A stretch of DNA of 62,953 bases, counting the filler, from Neolecta irregularis DAH-3 (lineage: Eukaryota): the NCBI GenBank assembly GCA_001929475.1. It is 6 parts of 6 records of this genome, joined end to end, with 100 filler letters (N's around TTAATTAATTAA, not from the genome) between each part and the next. Parts side by side here need not be neighbours in the genome. Positions count along the whole stretch, not along the records: positions 26,677 to 54,425 come from LXFE01001003.1; 5 more parts are not named here. The stretch is one strand, 5' to 3'. Under the pieces are notes generated by a model, which had not been told where the DNA came from, did not search any database, and was given only the letters and a program-made list of their open reading frames with translations. Numbering within the stretch: the stretch's first letter is position 1; each line of letters starts with the position of its first letter. Both the position numbers and the translations under genes were made by a program. This document shows, one piece after another, positions 38,402-54,525 of the stretch.

Positions 38402-39631
38402 ATGTCTTTTGTCCCTTCCATAGTTCACACCTCGGGTGAATATCTTTTGCTGCCAGACACCTCAGCTGTCCTCGCACCGGGATTCATCAATCGCGATTCC
38501 GCCCTCGTCAATCTCCAGGGCGAGCTCCGCATCCAGGTCCTCAAACCAGTTACCATAAAAAGCATACAGTTCAAGTTCGAGTCGCAAACCTCGTTCGCCG
38601 ATCACAATGTATTCTTTTTCGCTCTATATGGCTCTCATCTCTCTTAGGACAGCTTGGCTCACTACATCCTCTATTCTCGTGTCAACGACCTTTCTCTCGA
38701 GTCCTCCTTTCTGGACTCGGGCGAGCATATCTTTCCCTATTCCATTCCCGTACCGACATGGCTCCCGCCTTCCATCCAAACAGCACACGGCCATGTCTCG
38801 CACCAAATCCATGTTTCCATCCGCAAGTCGGGTCTTCGCATGGTCAAGTCGCAAACTTCACAGCTTCGACAGTCAATCACTGTCTACCGCACCCCGCAAT
38901 TACAGCACGATGCATCTTTTGTGAAAAGATGGACGGGTGAACGAACGGACAGGAAACTTGCCTGGGCCGTGTCCAGTCCTACTTTTGCAAGCATCGGCGG
39001 CTGCATCAACCTCTCCATCCGCATGTATTCGCAAACGCTCGCAAATGTCATAAAGTGCTGTACCGCGAATCTTATCCAGCAGGAAACTCACACAACAAGA
39101 CCCGATCGGAATACCTGGGGCCTGATCATGGATGATCAACCCGATCTATTAATGACTTTGGGAGACTTTGGCTCTGTAGACGCTACAACCACGGAAAAGG
39201 CATTCGTCTTTTATCCAAGTACTAATCTCCAGAAACGAATCCTTGGATCTCCTGTCACGGCGAAATTTCCCCCGCCACCCGCTACACATTCAATCATCGC
39301 CCCCCAAGCCAGAAGGACAGTTTACCGACTGAACATCACAATCCCACTACATCCGAGCAAGTCAATCTACCCATCACATTCATCATTGCTTATAACCATT
39401 GTGCATAAAGTCTCGCTGACGTTTCGAATGGTGGGTGCAAAAGACTTACTTATAACGTTACCAATCCTCATTCTCCCCGAAATTCTGGGGCTGAAAATGG
39501 GAATTAGCCACCTTTCGCCCCCTCCGTATGATGAAGCAGTCGTAGTAGAAGACTCCACCGATACTGAAGCTTGGTTGGAAGAATCGCTGCCTCAATATGA
39601 ACCACAGCAGTCTGTAGACGTCGTGGGATAA
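38402..39631 (+). CDS. Alpha-arrestin-like adaptor protein
   Basis: Arrestin-N features (LQGELRI..KPVTIKSI, GEHIFPYSIPVPTWLPPSI..HGHVSH); PY motifs PPPY and LPQY; one intron. Confidence 0.8.
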
Positions 39632-39793
39632 AATCTAGACTAGTTGGGTTTCTCAGAACTAGGAATTTTGCTAGAGATGGCGTCGCGTATGGGGGATAGA
39701 TATACGACTATTTATGAGGTGCTATTTCAATAGATTTCTTATCAGTACCGCCATACGACACTGGAAATTCAATTTACACAATGTACTCATCTG

Positions 39794-41299
39794 TTACTCT
39801 TTCATGCTTTCCTGTCCGTCAATTTCCTCGTCAGATCCCTCGTCGTCCTCGCCTTCATCAGAACTACTATCAACTGGCTCCGCAAGCCCAACAAGTCTCT
39901 CTTTCTGAACTTCGTCATCCTGAATTTTAAATGCATCTCGAACAGCTGCATTCGTCCGTGTATCCCAAATCTGAAGAGATCCTTCACTCCCACCGACTGC
40001 TAACCGCCAAGAAACCTCGGCATCAGGCGCCCATGAAATGGTAAATACTTTTCCCACCCCCAAATCTCGTGAAACTACAAGACTAGGCGAATCCTTGACA
40101 TTCCAAAGTTTGGTTTGCTTATCTACACTGCCGGTGGCTAGGTACCCTGGAATATGAGGATTAATTGACATCGAGCTAACAGGCCCAGAATGTGCTTCTA
40201 ATTTCCATTGAGCGTCTTTTTTCACTCTCATATCAAAGTAGAAAACACTCCCCGATTCTGTTGATGCAAAAAAGTGATATGGAGAATGAGGATCCCAGGA
40301 AATGGACTCAATGTCCCCGTCAGCAGAAACCTTCATCGATGGTGCACTGGCCCTCATATCAGAAATGATGATCTGCCGATCATAACCGCCGGATAACAAT
40401 ACAGTCGAATCAGAAGCATGCCACTGAACTGCACTGACTTTGTCTTCATGGTACGAAGTACTTGACGCACATTTTGAATCTCGCAAGTCCCATAATTTAA
40501 CGGTCTGGTCAGCAGATCCTGAAGCCAGGAGATTCCGATGATTCCTGTTGGCGCTTAATGAGAGGACAGCACTGACGTGGTACGACTCATTTGCTTTCTT
40601 CTTCTTCTTCTTTGTCGAGCCGCCGAGAATGGTGTGAGGGTAGTACCCGTCGATCGTATCGACATCCCAGACTTCAATACCGGGTTCAAAAGTCCCTACT
40701 GCGACGAGATTCAGGCCGTCTTCTGGGTACAGCCATTCTAGACACAGGGGCATCGAGGGTAGCAAGATATCATGGTGGACGTACAAATTTTCGGCGGAAT
40801 CTTCATAGACGTAGATCTCGAGATTTGAAATGTCATCTTCGGTTTTAGAGGAAAGTAGGATATTGTCAGTAGGTAGAATTTGCAGCTCTGCTCGCTCTTT
40901 ATCTTCCTCTTTCTAAGAGCGTGTCAGTATTCGATTTTATAGTTGAGAAAGGTACTTCGTCCAGAACGATATATGGATCTTCGGGATTTTCAAAGTATGC
41001 GATCTTGCTACCGGAAAGAAACCCGGTCTCTGGAGAATAAGAATATACTGGAAAAGACAAGTACGTTCAATATCTTCTTCATCGTCATAGGCTTCAAGAT
41101 TATACTCCTCCAAATCGTCATTCAGGTCTCTAGGGGCGTCGAAGCCATCTTCCGTCATCTCCTCTCTCGCATGTGAAATCTGTTCTTTTGTAGCATTTGA
41201 AATCTGCCTGATCTCTTCTTCTGTAAGACTTTGCTTTTTGGGAAATTCAGCAGGAAACCCGCGTGGGATCCAGCAAACCGACGATATGAGGGTAGCCAT
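39794..41299 (-). CDS. PWP1: Periodic tryptophan protein 1 (WD40, rRNA processing)
   Basis: MATLISSVCWIPRG, DDLEEYNLEAYD, ILPTDNILL, YVHHDILLPSMPLCLEWL, WD40 repeats. Confidence 0.93.
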
Positions 41300-41560
41300 A
41301 ATCTGCGACAATAATAAATTTTTGGAGAAATTTCGACACCGTTTTGGGATGGTCTCACCTCAACTATGATAATGCCAAAGAATCTTGTCATAAATATAGG
41401 AAAAATCAAGAAGATACATTCCAGTAAAAAGATTTATGCTTCAACTATGCATAGCCAAGAACAACACATAAAAATAGACTATCAAAAAAGCATGACCAAA
41501 ACGAATTGTCAACACCACGAACCCTGTGGTTGCGTCGCTCCCATTCATTCAGTTGCTCAC

Positions 41561-43428
41561 TTAGAGCTTGTTCGGCGATCTCTGTGTTGTAATTTCATTA
41601 TAGAGCATTGCAGTCAAGAAATCACTCCATTGGTTATCTTCTCCGGTAATACAAGTCCCGAAATATCGAGTTGCCAGTTCGAATTTATTACCATGTTTTG
41701 CTTTTTCAGTGAGTTTTTCAGCCTCTTCTTTAAGAATATTTTGAAGATACTGCTTGTTAATTGATATCCCTTCTGCAGTCTTGACATTATGTCGTGCCCA
41801 TTGCCAGAGCTGTTGCAATTACTATGAGGATCAAATACGAGGTATACTTGAGATCGACTGATTTCTGCAGTCGCGGCGTCTTCCATGAGATCATTGATAG
41901 GAACGCATCCCGTTCCTCGAAGCCAAGCCTCAATATATCCCAATCCAGTTGTAATGTTCTCTCGAATACCTTTCTCGGTAATGGTCCCAGGAACGTTCAT
42001 GTTAAGAAGGTCATGGGCAGTTATTTTGACGTCCTCTCGGCGCAAAAACAACTGATTTGGGGTGGGCATATACTTGTTAAAGACTAACAAATAAGTTTGA
42101 GCAATAAATGAAGCCAACCTTCCATCGCAATCTTTCCCAGGGCTGGATGAGCAATCCATGTTCCATCATGCCCAGCACGTACTTCGCGCAACTTATCGGC
42201 GTACACTTTATCCATCGCAGCTTTGTTGGCATTGGGATTATTTTTGACTATCCTTTTTAGCAAAATAATCTTTTCCCAAGATACCTGGAATTTGAGCTGC
42301 CATACCGCCCTGATTGTCAACCAAAGAAATCAATGCAACAAACCATGGCATGGACACCTCGTTTATGGCAAGTCTTGATAAGGAGTTCGACATACGCATT
42401 CATGAAAGGAACAGTCATCGTGATGTCACTTCGATTGGGAAGAATAAAATTGGGGTTCTTGCGAAACTTTTTAATCGTGCTGAAAATGTAATCCTAAGCC
42501 GAATAAGTTTTTAGGTACTCGGAAAGAAGCTGCACCCATCGGCCACAGTTGAGTCCAGAACTATGGTCTCTTAATTCATAAATAATTTCGTCCATTTCAA
42601 ATGCCGCAAGGATGGTTTCGATTAAAACAGTGGCTCGGACAGTTCCTCTGGGCATTCCAATGTAATCCTGAGATACATTAAAAATATCGTTCCAAAGTCT
42701 CGCTTCGAGATGCGATTCCATTTTGGGCAGGTAGAAGTATGGGCCAGTCCCTCGTTTGACAAGCTCCTTGCCATTATGAAAGAAATAGAGACCAAAGTCA
42801 AAAATTCCCCCAGAAATAGGCACTCCGTCTACTATGAAATGCTTCTCATCAAGGTGCCAGCCGCGAGGTCTAGAGTTTAGTGGCAGATCACAAAAACGAC
42901 CGATACCGAACGATGAGGGTGACTTTTTTATCACCGCGTAACTTGTATTCCTTTCCATTTGCAGCAGTAAAGCTACATTGTTCACGGATGGCATCGTAAA
43001 GATTGATTTGCCCCTCAATGTTGTTATTCCAGGTGGGTGCATTGGAGTCTAGAAATTCAGCGGTTGATCCTACCTATATGGATCTCAGTACCCTCGAAAT
43101 CGGCCATGTAAGTTGAAACGTCAGTATTCAGCGCATTGATGACCATTTTTCGATCGACAGGACCAGTGATCTCGACTCTTCTATCAATCAAACCTGGTGA
43201 GGGTGGTGCAGCCTTCCAGTCACAATCGCGAACGAACTGGGTCTCGGGAAGGAATTCGGGAAGAATCCCCGCATCGAGCTGCAGTTGGCGAATGTCTCTT
43301 CGGGCAAGAAGCTGTTTTCGTCTTGCATTGAAGGATCGATGAAGGATTGCGAGGAAATTGCAGGCTTCGGGAGAGAGAATCGTTTTTGCGTTTTGAGAGA
43401 CCTGACCTAAGATTTCGACACCAGACAT
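41561..43428 (-). CDS. MLS1: Malate synthase
   Basis: [81 protein letters not shown]; ends in NKL (PTS1-like). Confidence 0.97.
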
Positions 43429-43755
43429 GACAAAACAGGTTTGAATATAATAGAAACAATGGAGGTTAGAAAGGTGGGGAAAGCGTATTTAGGTTCGGGT
43501 AATCCTCGGATCCTTTGGCCAATTTCTCCTCATCGTCGAAGATCACATGCTCAATGACGCGGTATTATCGGAATGTCGCACCACTGCGACCTACCCAGTG
43601 TTCAGCTGACCTCTTAAACCCTTACTTGGCCATTCTGTACTCATAGTAAACATTTCTAGTACTTGGCCCCATTAGTGAGAAGCTTGATATACTGTTTTCG
43701 TTTCGGGTATCGATGTCGTTTATCTCTGTAGTCCAACGTTCATCGTCCCTGTAGC

Positions 43756-44556
43756 ATGCCAAACACGAGTCCATCTTCATCTCGCGTATCTCTGAATCCT
43801 GGAAACGGCCGTATTCATTGTACACGAACATCGTTGAGTACTCTCGCATATAGATATCCTTTGAAGCTCATCTCTCCGCACTCATCGCTGTGTTACATCC
43901 TCTCCTACGGTGGCGGCATTGTCGGCGGAGATAGCATTGAAATATCGGTGAAAGTTGATAAAGACGCGACTCTGACTTTCTTGACTCAAGGAACCACTAA
44001 AGTCTTCAAGCCAAAGGCTTCAGGCCTGATATCCAAACAAATAATCTATGCGGAAGTCAATGGGACCTTGCTTCTCTTACCCGACCCCATCCAACCGTTC
44101 AAAGACAGCTCGTACATTCAAATACAACGATTTGAAGTCTATGGGCGAATGGTGCTTTTGGATTGGGTGATATCGGGACGCTATGAAGAAGACTGGCTGC
44201 TCTCATCATACATCTCGAACAATGAGATCTACAAGGATGGGAATCTGATTATACGCGATGTCCTACGACTGGACAGCTCTGTTAGAGAGTCAATGGGTTC
44301 GTTTCGATGTTTTGCGAACGTAATTATATTTGGATTTCCAGAAATGGAAGCCCGGTGTTTGCAATCGTATGTAAACGAAAAGAAGGTTCGCAAGGGGACT
44401 ACATTAGATAAGATCTGGTCTGTGAATCAGGTCAGAGGATGTACTGTCATCAAAGCCGCGGGGAAAGATACAGAGATGGTCAAATCTATATTAAGGAGAT
44501 TGCTCGACGAACTACAACTAATCGGCGGAAGAGACTGTTTGAGGCCTCTGGAATGA
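43756..44556 (+). CDS. ureD: Urease accessory protein UreD
   Basis: YRYPLKLISP, YILSYGGGIVGGD, TQGTTKVFK, LLPDPIQPFKDS, LLDWVISGR; single exon. Confidence 0.93.
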   Translation: MPNTSPSSSRVSLNPGNGRIHCTRTSLSTLAYRYPLKLISPHSSLCYILSYGGGIVGGDSIEISVKVDKDATLTFLTQGTTKVFKPKASGLISKQIIYAEVNGTLLLLPDPIQPFKDSSYIQIQRFEVYGRMVLLDWVISGRYEEDWLLSSYISNNEIYKDGNLIIRDVLRLDSSVRESMGSFRCFANVIIFGFPEMEARCLQSYVNEKKVRKGTTLDKIWSVNQVRGCTVIKAAGKDTEMVKSILRRLLDELQLIGGRDCLRPLE

Positions 44557-45298
44557 TTTGCCGTAGCTATGGTTTTGAGGTTTAAATGCATATTATCCGA
44601 TTATATCGACAATAATAACAACTTATCACACCAAGGAAAGACTTGGACCCATTTATAGTGAAAGGCATCAACTGCTATCGTGACAGCTACGGGATATCGA
44701 CTCGAAAATACCCCTCCGTAACTATGTTTTCCCAATCTCCACATTTCTAACCATGACCAAAGCCATATAGATCATGGAAAAATTTATAACGCTTCTGGAA
44801 TCATGAGTGAGGGACAGAACAAGTCCCACCTCGGAACCGAGTACCATTCTTTTCCAGAACAATCTTTTGCAAATATTAATTTGGGCAAGGCGAAGTTATG
44901 GCCTATTTCCAGTAAATGGACTAAACCGAGCGGAATCAACAAAAAAATCCCGAATTTCCGGTAACCCTAGGGGCCCGGAGAGCGCCTGGAAGATCGTTAT
45001 CATAATGAGTGACGATTGCTTTCAGAGGGGCACAGTTCAAGTGCTAACACTGTTAGCTATTACACCTTCACGAAATCAATTTAAACTTTCATGTTGATCA
45101 AATTTCTATCTTAAGATCCAAGGATTATTCGTATGAGTCTTGACCTAGCGGTCTGCCCCGCCATGTTTCCAGTTTGGTTTAAAGTTTCATGAAAAATCTA
45201 CAACCTGAAAGAATGGAAATTGGATTATGGAGATCCAGCGTAGAATGATAAAAGGGATGCTCTTCCAAAAGGCAAGCCTGATAATCAAGCTGTCAAGC

Positions 45299-46802
45299 TT
45301 ACAAGAACAGAGTCACGCTGACACCTAATGGATTAGCTTCGATTAGTTTTCGAAACTTACCCAAAATACATACGCAAATTCCAAGTGTCAAGGCGGCAGC
45401 CGCAACCTTGTCGTTTTGCGTAGCCGGATCGATTTTAGTTTTATGCCCACTGGAGGATGTTCGACCAGCATTCACATCACCTATACTGGTAGCTCCAGTA
45501 TTCATTGCCGAAGGTAATGATGCATCTTTAGCTAGACACGATGTTATCGTCTCAAGGGCTGCAATCGTTCCACCCACTCCAGAGTGACCATCAAATTTTC
45601 CCAAAGTCCAATTCATACCACAAGTCGTACCTGATCCTCCAGTGCACGCTTTCCCCGCAGCAACAGCTGAGGTACGGAGAACACTGAAAATTCTTGCAGA
45701 TAATTCAGGTACGAGTTGGGCTGTATATCCGAGATTCCGAGAAAGATATCCCTTGAACGAAATTTGATCATCATTACAAGTATTATAGGGCTCGCAAGCT
45801 GGCTCGTTGACAATGGCTTCCTGATAGAAGAATGATGAGATAGCTTTGCTAAGGAGCCCCTTGATAATTTCAAGCCATACCGGAGATTTATTGTACTGTT
45901 TTATGAGAGTCGCTTCTAAATCAGTTCATACGTAGTCATACATGAACGCTGCGCCACCTAAGAGCATTGCATTATTGTAGCTCCATAGGATCGTCGAGTT
46001 CTTTACAAAAGCACACGCCGGAAGATTTCCTCCATCATAAATGTTCAAAGTGTCATCCATGAATTGAATTTTTCGCATCCATTGGAAAGTCTTTTCTGCC
46101 CATTGTGCATATGTGTCGTTTTTGGTATAGCGAGCCAATCGTGCATTCAGTTGAAAGAAGATGCCGTTCGAAATCGAGTTTTTATAAGTATACCCATGAT
46201 TGAAGGCAAAAATCTGCCATCTTAAACCACCCCCGCAATTCTCATCGTCCCACCTTTCCATTTGTCCATGAAGAGCACCTTGAGCTAATGCAAGCCATTG
46301 GGGCTGCCCTGCCGGAAGGTCTGGGAAATTTCTTTCCGCTGCAGACATTGCAGCAAGAGCCCAAAACCCCTGATCATCGTTCCCTTCAGCAAGAGTTTGG
46401 TTAGGTGGCAGGAAATCTCGATTCGGACCGATCTGATGGAAAATTGCCTGAGTAACGATTTCATCATAAGTCGTATCACCTGTATAATTTCGGTAGTCAA
46501 TCCATGCCTATTATTTGTGTAAGCGTCGCAGGACAGGCTCATTACATTTGTTGCAGCACCGGCCAGCCACCAGTACGTTGGATATGGGAAAAGTCCAGGA
46601 ATTTGTCCCGGTTCATCCCCATGATAACTCGAGCGCAGCTCTGCAGCAATAGTAGATGCAGCTCTCTTCAAAGACTCTTCACCATATAAACCAGACTCTG
46701 AAGTTTCAGGCAATTACCTTTAGAAGAAGGATCGACATCAACGGCAGCGCCATATCCGAACAGGAGTAAGCTGTGTAAAAGAGCGGACAACGCACAAACC
46801 AT
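45299..46802 (-). CDS. GH76 Dcw1/Dfg5-family GPI-anchored mannanase, copy A
   Basis: Signal peptide, [45 protein letters not shown], hydrophobic C-terminal GPI signal. Confidence 0.93.
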
Positions 46803-47270
46803 GTTTTCACCACAAAATATAATGGGAGTATGGATATAAGGTTCAAGACTGAGGATAGCTTTCGTAGTCCTTACTTTCTCCTAACAAAAGATTATCGACT
46901 GCGTGAGATGTATCACGAAAATAACTAGCCTGCCTCGTGCATATTTTTATCTGTTGGAGTGACTTCTGAAGCTCTGGCCTAGCAGGGCCCCTTTATAATT
47001 AAAACGAGAAATACTTCGTTTATTGCGAAAATGATGAGAGAGATCTTTCAGACGCAGGCTTTCATCAGTGAAAAAGAGCTTGACAGACCCTGAGATTGAT
47101 GTGCAAATTTCAAAGAATGAAAGAATGAAAGTTAGAAAATGCATTTTGCTTAGTTCAAAGGCCAATATCACGCCAAAACAAAAAGAAAACGCTAGAAAGT
47201 CTCCTTAGATCCGTGAATAAATATAAATAGTTGCAAAAAAGAAAACCAAGTAAAAGATTACCTTTAGTAT

Positions 47271-48782
47271 TCAAATCACTAACCAAGCACCCATTCCTAT
47301 ACAACATTAGTGTCTGCTTGATTTAGGCCAAGTACGTACCAAAAGTACTTAGTGAAACCAGAATGGTTACAAATACAGCGCTAAATTTCCCAGCTGTCGT
47401 GGGTGGTGGCTCTGTAAGTGTATGACCACTCGAACTCGTTGTGCCGGCATTGACATCTCCTGTACTTGTACCGCCAGTTCTCGCAGATGATGGCGAAGAT
47501 GCGTATTTCGCAAGAGGTGCCTGTATCACTTCAAGAGCCGCAATCGCTTCACCGACTCCGGTATGCCCATCAAATGTCCCTTTAGTGTAATCGTTCCCGC
47601 AAACTGTGCCCGTTCCTCCATTACAGCATTTCCCAACAGCAACGGCAGATGAGCCAAGCACATTAAAGATTTTATCTGCTAGAGAAGGAATGAGCTGTGC
47701 GGTATAACCCATATTTCGAGCGAGATATCCCTTGAAAGAGGTTTGATCGTCGTTGCAGGTTTGTTCTGGCTCGCAAGCTGGTTCGTATACGATAGTCCCG
47801 CTCGAAAAGAACAAAGAGATTGATGAATCAAGAAGTGCTTCCACTCTGCTGAGCCATATGGAGGATTGGTTTTGCTGACCAATTTAGAGGTTTAAAAATT
47901 ATGACAAAAACGTACGTAAGTGTACATGAACGCAGCTCCACCGAGATACATTCCAGTATTATAGGTCCATTGGATGCGATCAAAACCGGTGATACAGTCG
48001 GGAACGTCGGCTCCATCATAAATAATATATGTCGAAGTCAGGAACTTGACGCTGGTGGTCCAGTTATACGCCTTCTCCGCCCATTGTGCATATGTGTCAT
48101 TGCCGGTATACTGAGCAAGCCGAGCACCGAGCTGGAAGAAGATTCCATTCGATATTGAATTCTTGTACCCGTATCCATTATTAAAAGCGAAGATCTGCCA
48201 GCGAAGTCCACCACCACAGTTCGCATCGTCCCATCGAGTCGCTTGGCCATTAAATACAGCCTGAGCAAGAGCTAGCCACTGGACACCGGTCGATGGCGGG
48301 TTGGGGAAATTGCGTTCTGCTGCCGACATTGCAGCGAGTCCCCAGAATCCCTGATCGTCATTTCCTTCAGCCAGTGTTTGATTGGGCGGTAGGTAATCAT
48401 TATTCGGTCCCACTTGAAATAGCATTGCCTGCGTCACAATAGCATCATACGTGGAATCTCCGGTATAATTACGATAATCGATCCACGCCTACGCTGTTCA
48501 GCTCTGTGAATTTGTGGTCATCCTTACGTTCATGGCAGCACCAGCTTGCCACCAGTAGGTCGGATATGGGAAATTTCCTGGGATCTGTCCTGGTTCATCG
48601 CCATGATAGAATACTCTCAAGCCAGCTGCGTTTGTAGTAGCACCGCTTTTCAAGGATGCTATCACAATAAATGACAACTCGACACCGGGCCTTATACCTT
48701 GTGAAGTAGGATCTACCGTAAAGGAATGACAATATGATAGCAGCGTAAGACTGTAAACGAGCGAAACATGAGGGACGAGCAT
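47271..48782 (-). CDS. GH76 Dcw1/Dfg5-family mannanase, copy B
   Basis: [37 protein letters not shown]; same intron positions as copy A. Confidence 0.93.
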
Positions 48783-49346
48783 TTTTGATATCCAAGAGGT
48801 TGCGCAAGTCAATCGCGATTGTAGTTTAGGCAAGTCGGAAAGGGCCGGAGACGCTTGCCTTTCTTGGCAGTTCTACTCCGATAGGGGCAAGTATTTGAAA
48901 TAGTGGCTATTTATATAATATATATGCTTGTCTGGATTCTGAAATGGAAGATTTAGTATGGCAGCGAAGGAGAGTTTTGCTAAACAGCGATGTTGGTACA
49001 ATACTATTCAAGTAATTGGCATTTGCGTTCTATAACCTCAAAAAGCACTGGATTTGATGCATATTGGGCTTTCCTATTCTCGCAATCGCATGATGGAACA
49101 CTATTGAGGTATTGAATAAATAGAGTTTTTGGGTGACAACGAATTGAGCTCAATATATACAAACACAGTGAAGTGGCGATACTAACCACTTCCACATTAA
49201 AATACGAGAATCATAAATAGCATCAGAAGACTGCCAATAAAAATCCTAGAGCGATGATGATCTATCCGAAATTTCAACATAAAACGCCGAACGAACAAAA
49301 AGGCCTTACATCCCCTGTATTTTTACTGAAATTCAAACAGCTTTAC

Positions 49347-50854
49347 TCATAGGAGTAACCAGACTTCGCATGCTATCTAATGAGCATCTGGCTAGATTGC
49401 ATAAATTACCAAACATCAAAATCCCAGAGACAGCCGTCAAGATAATTCCACCAGCCTTATCCTTGGTCGTTACGGGTCGATTAGAAATTGATGAACCAAG
49501 TCCTGAAGTTGGGATGGTTCCGGCTTTTGAATCTCCTTTGCTCGTTCCTCCGGATTTCGCAGTGGCAGGAAATTGGGCATACTTGATCAAATTTGCCTGA
49601 ATCGTTTCCAACGCAGACAACTGTTCACCAACACCCGTCTTTCCATCGAATGTTCCAATTGTCCAGTCCATACCACATGCCTCTCCAGAAGCTCCCCCAG
49701 TACACGATTTTCCAGCTGCTATGGCACTGCTAGCAAGAATAGAGAAAATCTTTTCTGATGTTTGTGGAGCCATTTGAGTTGTATATGCCATCCACCGAGA
49801 GAGGTATCCCTTGAAAGAAACTTGGTCGTCGTTACACGTTCTAACAGTTTCGCAAGCTGTTTCTTGGACCGTGCCATTTTTCGCAAAGAAGAGTCGAATG
49901 GCAGAGTCAAGAAGACTTTCAACGGCTGTTCCCCACTGAGTAGCACCGTTCGTCTATAGCGTCAGCATCAACCTCGCTGAAAGGGGTGTACATAATGATA
50001 CATGAATGCAGCCCCAGCAAGAAATACGCCATTATTATACGTCCATTGAATTCTATTGAACGGGGCACAGGTAGGAGTATGTGCTCCATCAATGATATTC
50101 CAATTCTTATCAATGAAACCCACCGCTTGCACCCAGTCCCATATTTTGATGGCCCATTGCGCGTATGTATCATTTCCAGTGTATACAGCTAAGCGAGCTG
50201 CTAGTTGAAAAAGGCATCCATTTGAAATTGCATTTTTATAATCATACCCATTATTGAACTGGAATACCTGCCACCTCAGACCTCCGTTGCAAGAGTTCGG
50301 ATCCCAACGCTGAGACTGCCCGTTGAATACTGCCTGAGCAAGAGCTAGCCACTGCGGTTGGTTAGACGGTGGATCTGGAAATTTCGATTCAGCGGCGGTC
50401 ATAGCTGCAAGACCCCAAAACGCCTGGTCATCGTTTCCAAGTGAAAGTGTTTGATTTGAGGGCATGAAATCTCTATCAGCACCGGCTTGCCATACCATTC
50501 CATTAGAAACAATCGAATCGTATTGCGTGTCATTCGTTAGGCGGCGATAGTCAATGAATGCCTAGGGGCAATCAGAATTTGACATGGGTAGGAGCGTTGC
50601 GGTTACATTCATGGCAGCTCCAGCTTCCCACCAATATATTGGGTACGGGAATAAACCGGGAATTTGACCCGGCTGATCTCCAGTATATAAATTTCGCAGC
50701 CCAGCGGCAGCTTTTGCAGCACTTGTCAACAGAGATTCTAATAGTAAGCAGAGGCGCCCAAATCATAATTCTTGCTCTGATTTGTAGGATCCACATCAAA
50801 GGCGAAAGCAATACTTAGCAGGAAGAATAGCAGATTTGGCGCTCCCTGCAGCAT
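49347..50854 (-). CDS. GH76 Dcw1/Dfg5-family mannanase, copy C
   Basis: [37 protein letters not shown]; first intron is GC-AG (50775-50738). Confidence 0.92.
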
Positions 50855-51399
50855 CACTGGGTTGGAAGGAAATATGAAGAGATGCAAACGTGCGATAACT
50901 GGTTGATGACGTCGATCTGCCTAATCCAGGAGAAGAAAGGATAAATAAAGCTGTACCAAGAGATTGGGTGACTAAATTAGACATTGGACAACCATTGATT
51001 GATTCGATAGGAGCAGCGGCCCTACATATCAAAGCCGCTTCGGACTGACTCTAAGAATCTCCCTTCAGATCACGCACAAACTCCTAATTTTAAACGCATG
51101 TTGGCAGAAAAATCGACAGATTGGAGTTTTAGTTCACGGTAGTCGCTTTTAGACTCTGGACTGGCGAATAGTTGCCCTTTACAGTCTAGTGTCGGCAAGT
51201 GCGCCATTACTAACACCCTTTGCAAGACAAGCATTGTTTTACATGTAAATCCACAAGAATATTCAGTTGAATAAGCCTTAAATTACGGTTGTTTAGGCGG
51301 AATAGACTGAGGCACTCCATCATTCAAAGGTTACGACCTCGCCTGAGACCACAAACCAAATCCAACCCGCATCCGTCTGACGTTTTGCAAGTCGCGACC

Positions 51400-51858
51400 A
51401 TGTCAAACCTGCCATACGACCCATACGTCCCCAGCAGAGAGGCAGCAAACGTCTCCTCAAATTCCAGAACCGCGATTATCCAAAAGGAAATCGATGAAAC
51501 CGTCGGAGTCATGCGAGACAACATCAACAAGGTCGCCGATAGAGGCGAGCGACTCGATAACCTCCAGGATAAGACAAGTAATGCATCCCGAAAGCTGGTT
51601 CTTGATTGGATTAGACAACTTGGCTGTTTCCGCTCAAGGTTTTAAACGTGGTGCCAACAGAGTTCGGAAACAAATGTGGTGGAAAGTACGATTGCATTTA
51701 TCTCATGAATATTGCGCTTACTCCTCTTAGGACATGAAGATGAGACTGTGTATTGCCGGCGGTATAATTATTTTGTTGATCGTCATCATTGGTCTCCCAC
51801 TATTCATTGTCTGCTTATACTGACCTTTGCAGTACCTTCTGTCATCCACTCTAAGTAG
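51400..51858 (+). CDS. SNC1: Synaptobrevin / R-SNARE (Snc1/2)
   Basis: [57 protein letters not shown]-terminal transmembrane segment; three introns. Confidence 0.95.
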
Positions 51859-52137
51859 ATTGAACCATCTTTACTAACAGATATCGGAATTCTGCTGATG
51901 ACGTGTGTTGGTTTAATTGGTTTTTCTTATCCGTGGATGCTCTTCCTATTCGCCGTACATTGACATGGCTCCCTCTGTTGTTTGTTTTATGATTGTTGTG
52001 CTTCTTTGATTGGTATTTCAGGAATACTGCTATTATGATTGAGTTTAAATGATCCAGATGTCAAACTCCTAGTTCTTATCTATCTATTATCAAAGAAAAG
52101 AACTTTTCCACCATTACCGCCGACGATCCCCAATCCA

Positions 52138-54425
<2,288 letters not shown>

Positions 54426-54525
54426 NNNNNNNNNNNNNNNNNNNNNNNNNNNNNNNNNNNNNNNNNNNNTTAATTAATTAANNNNNNNNNNNNNNNNNNN
54501 NNNNNNNNNNNNNNNNNNNNNNNNN
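54426..54525. other. Artificial contig linker
   Basis: N / TTAATTAATTAA / N, 100 nt. Confidence 0.98.
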
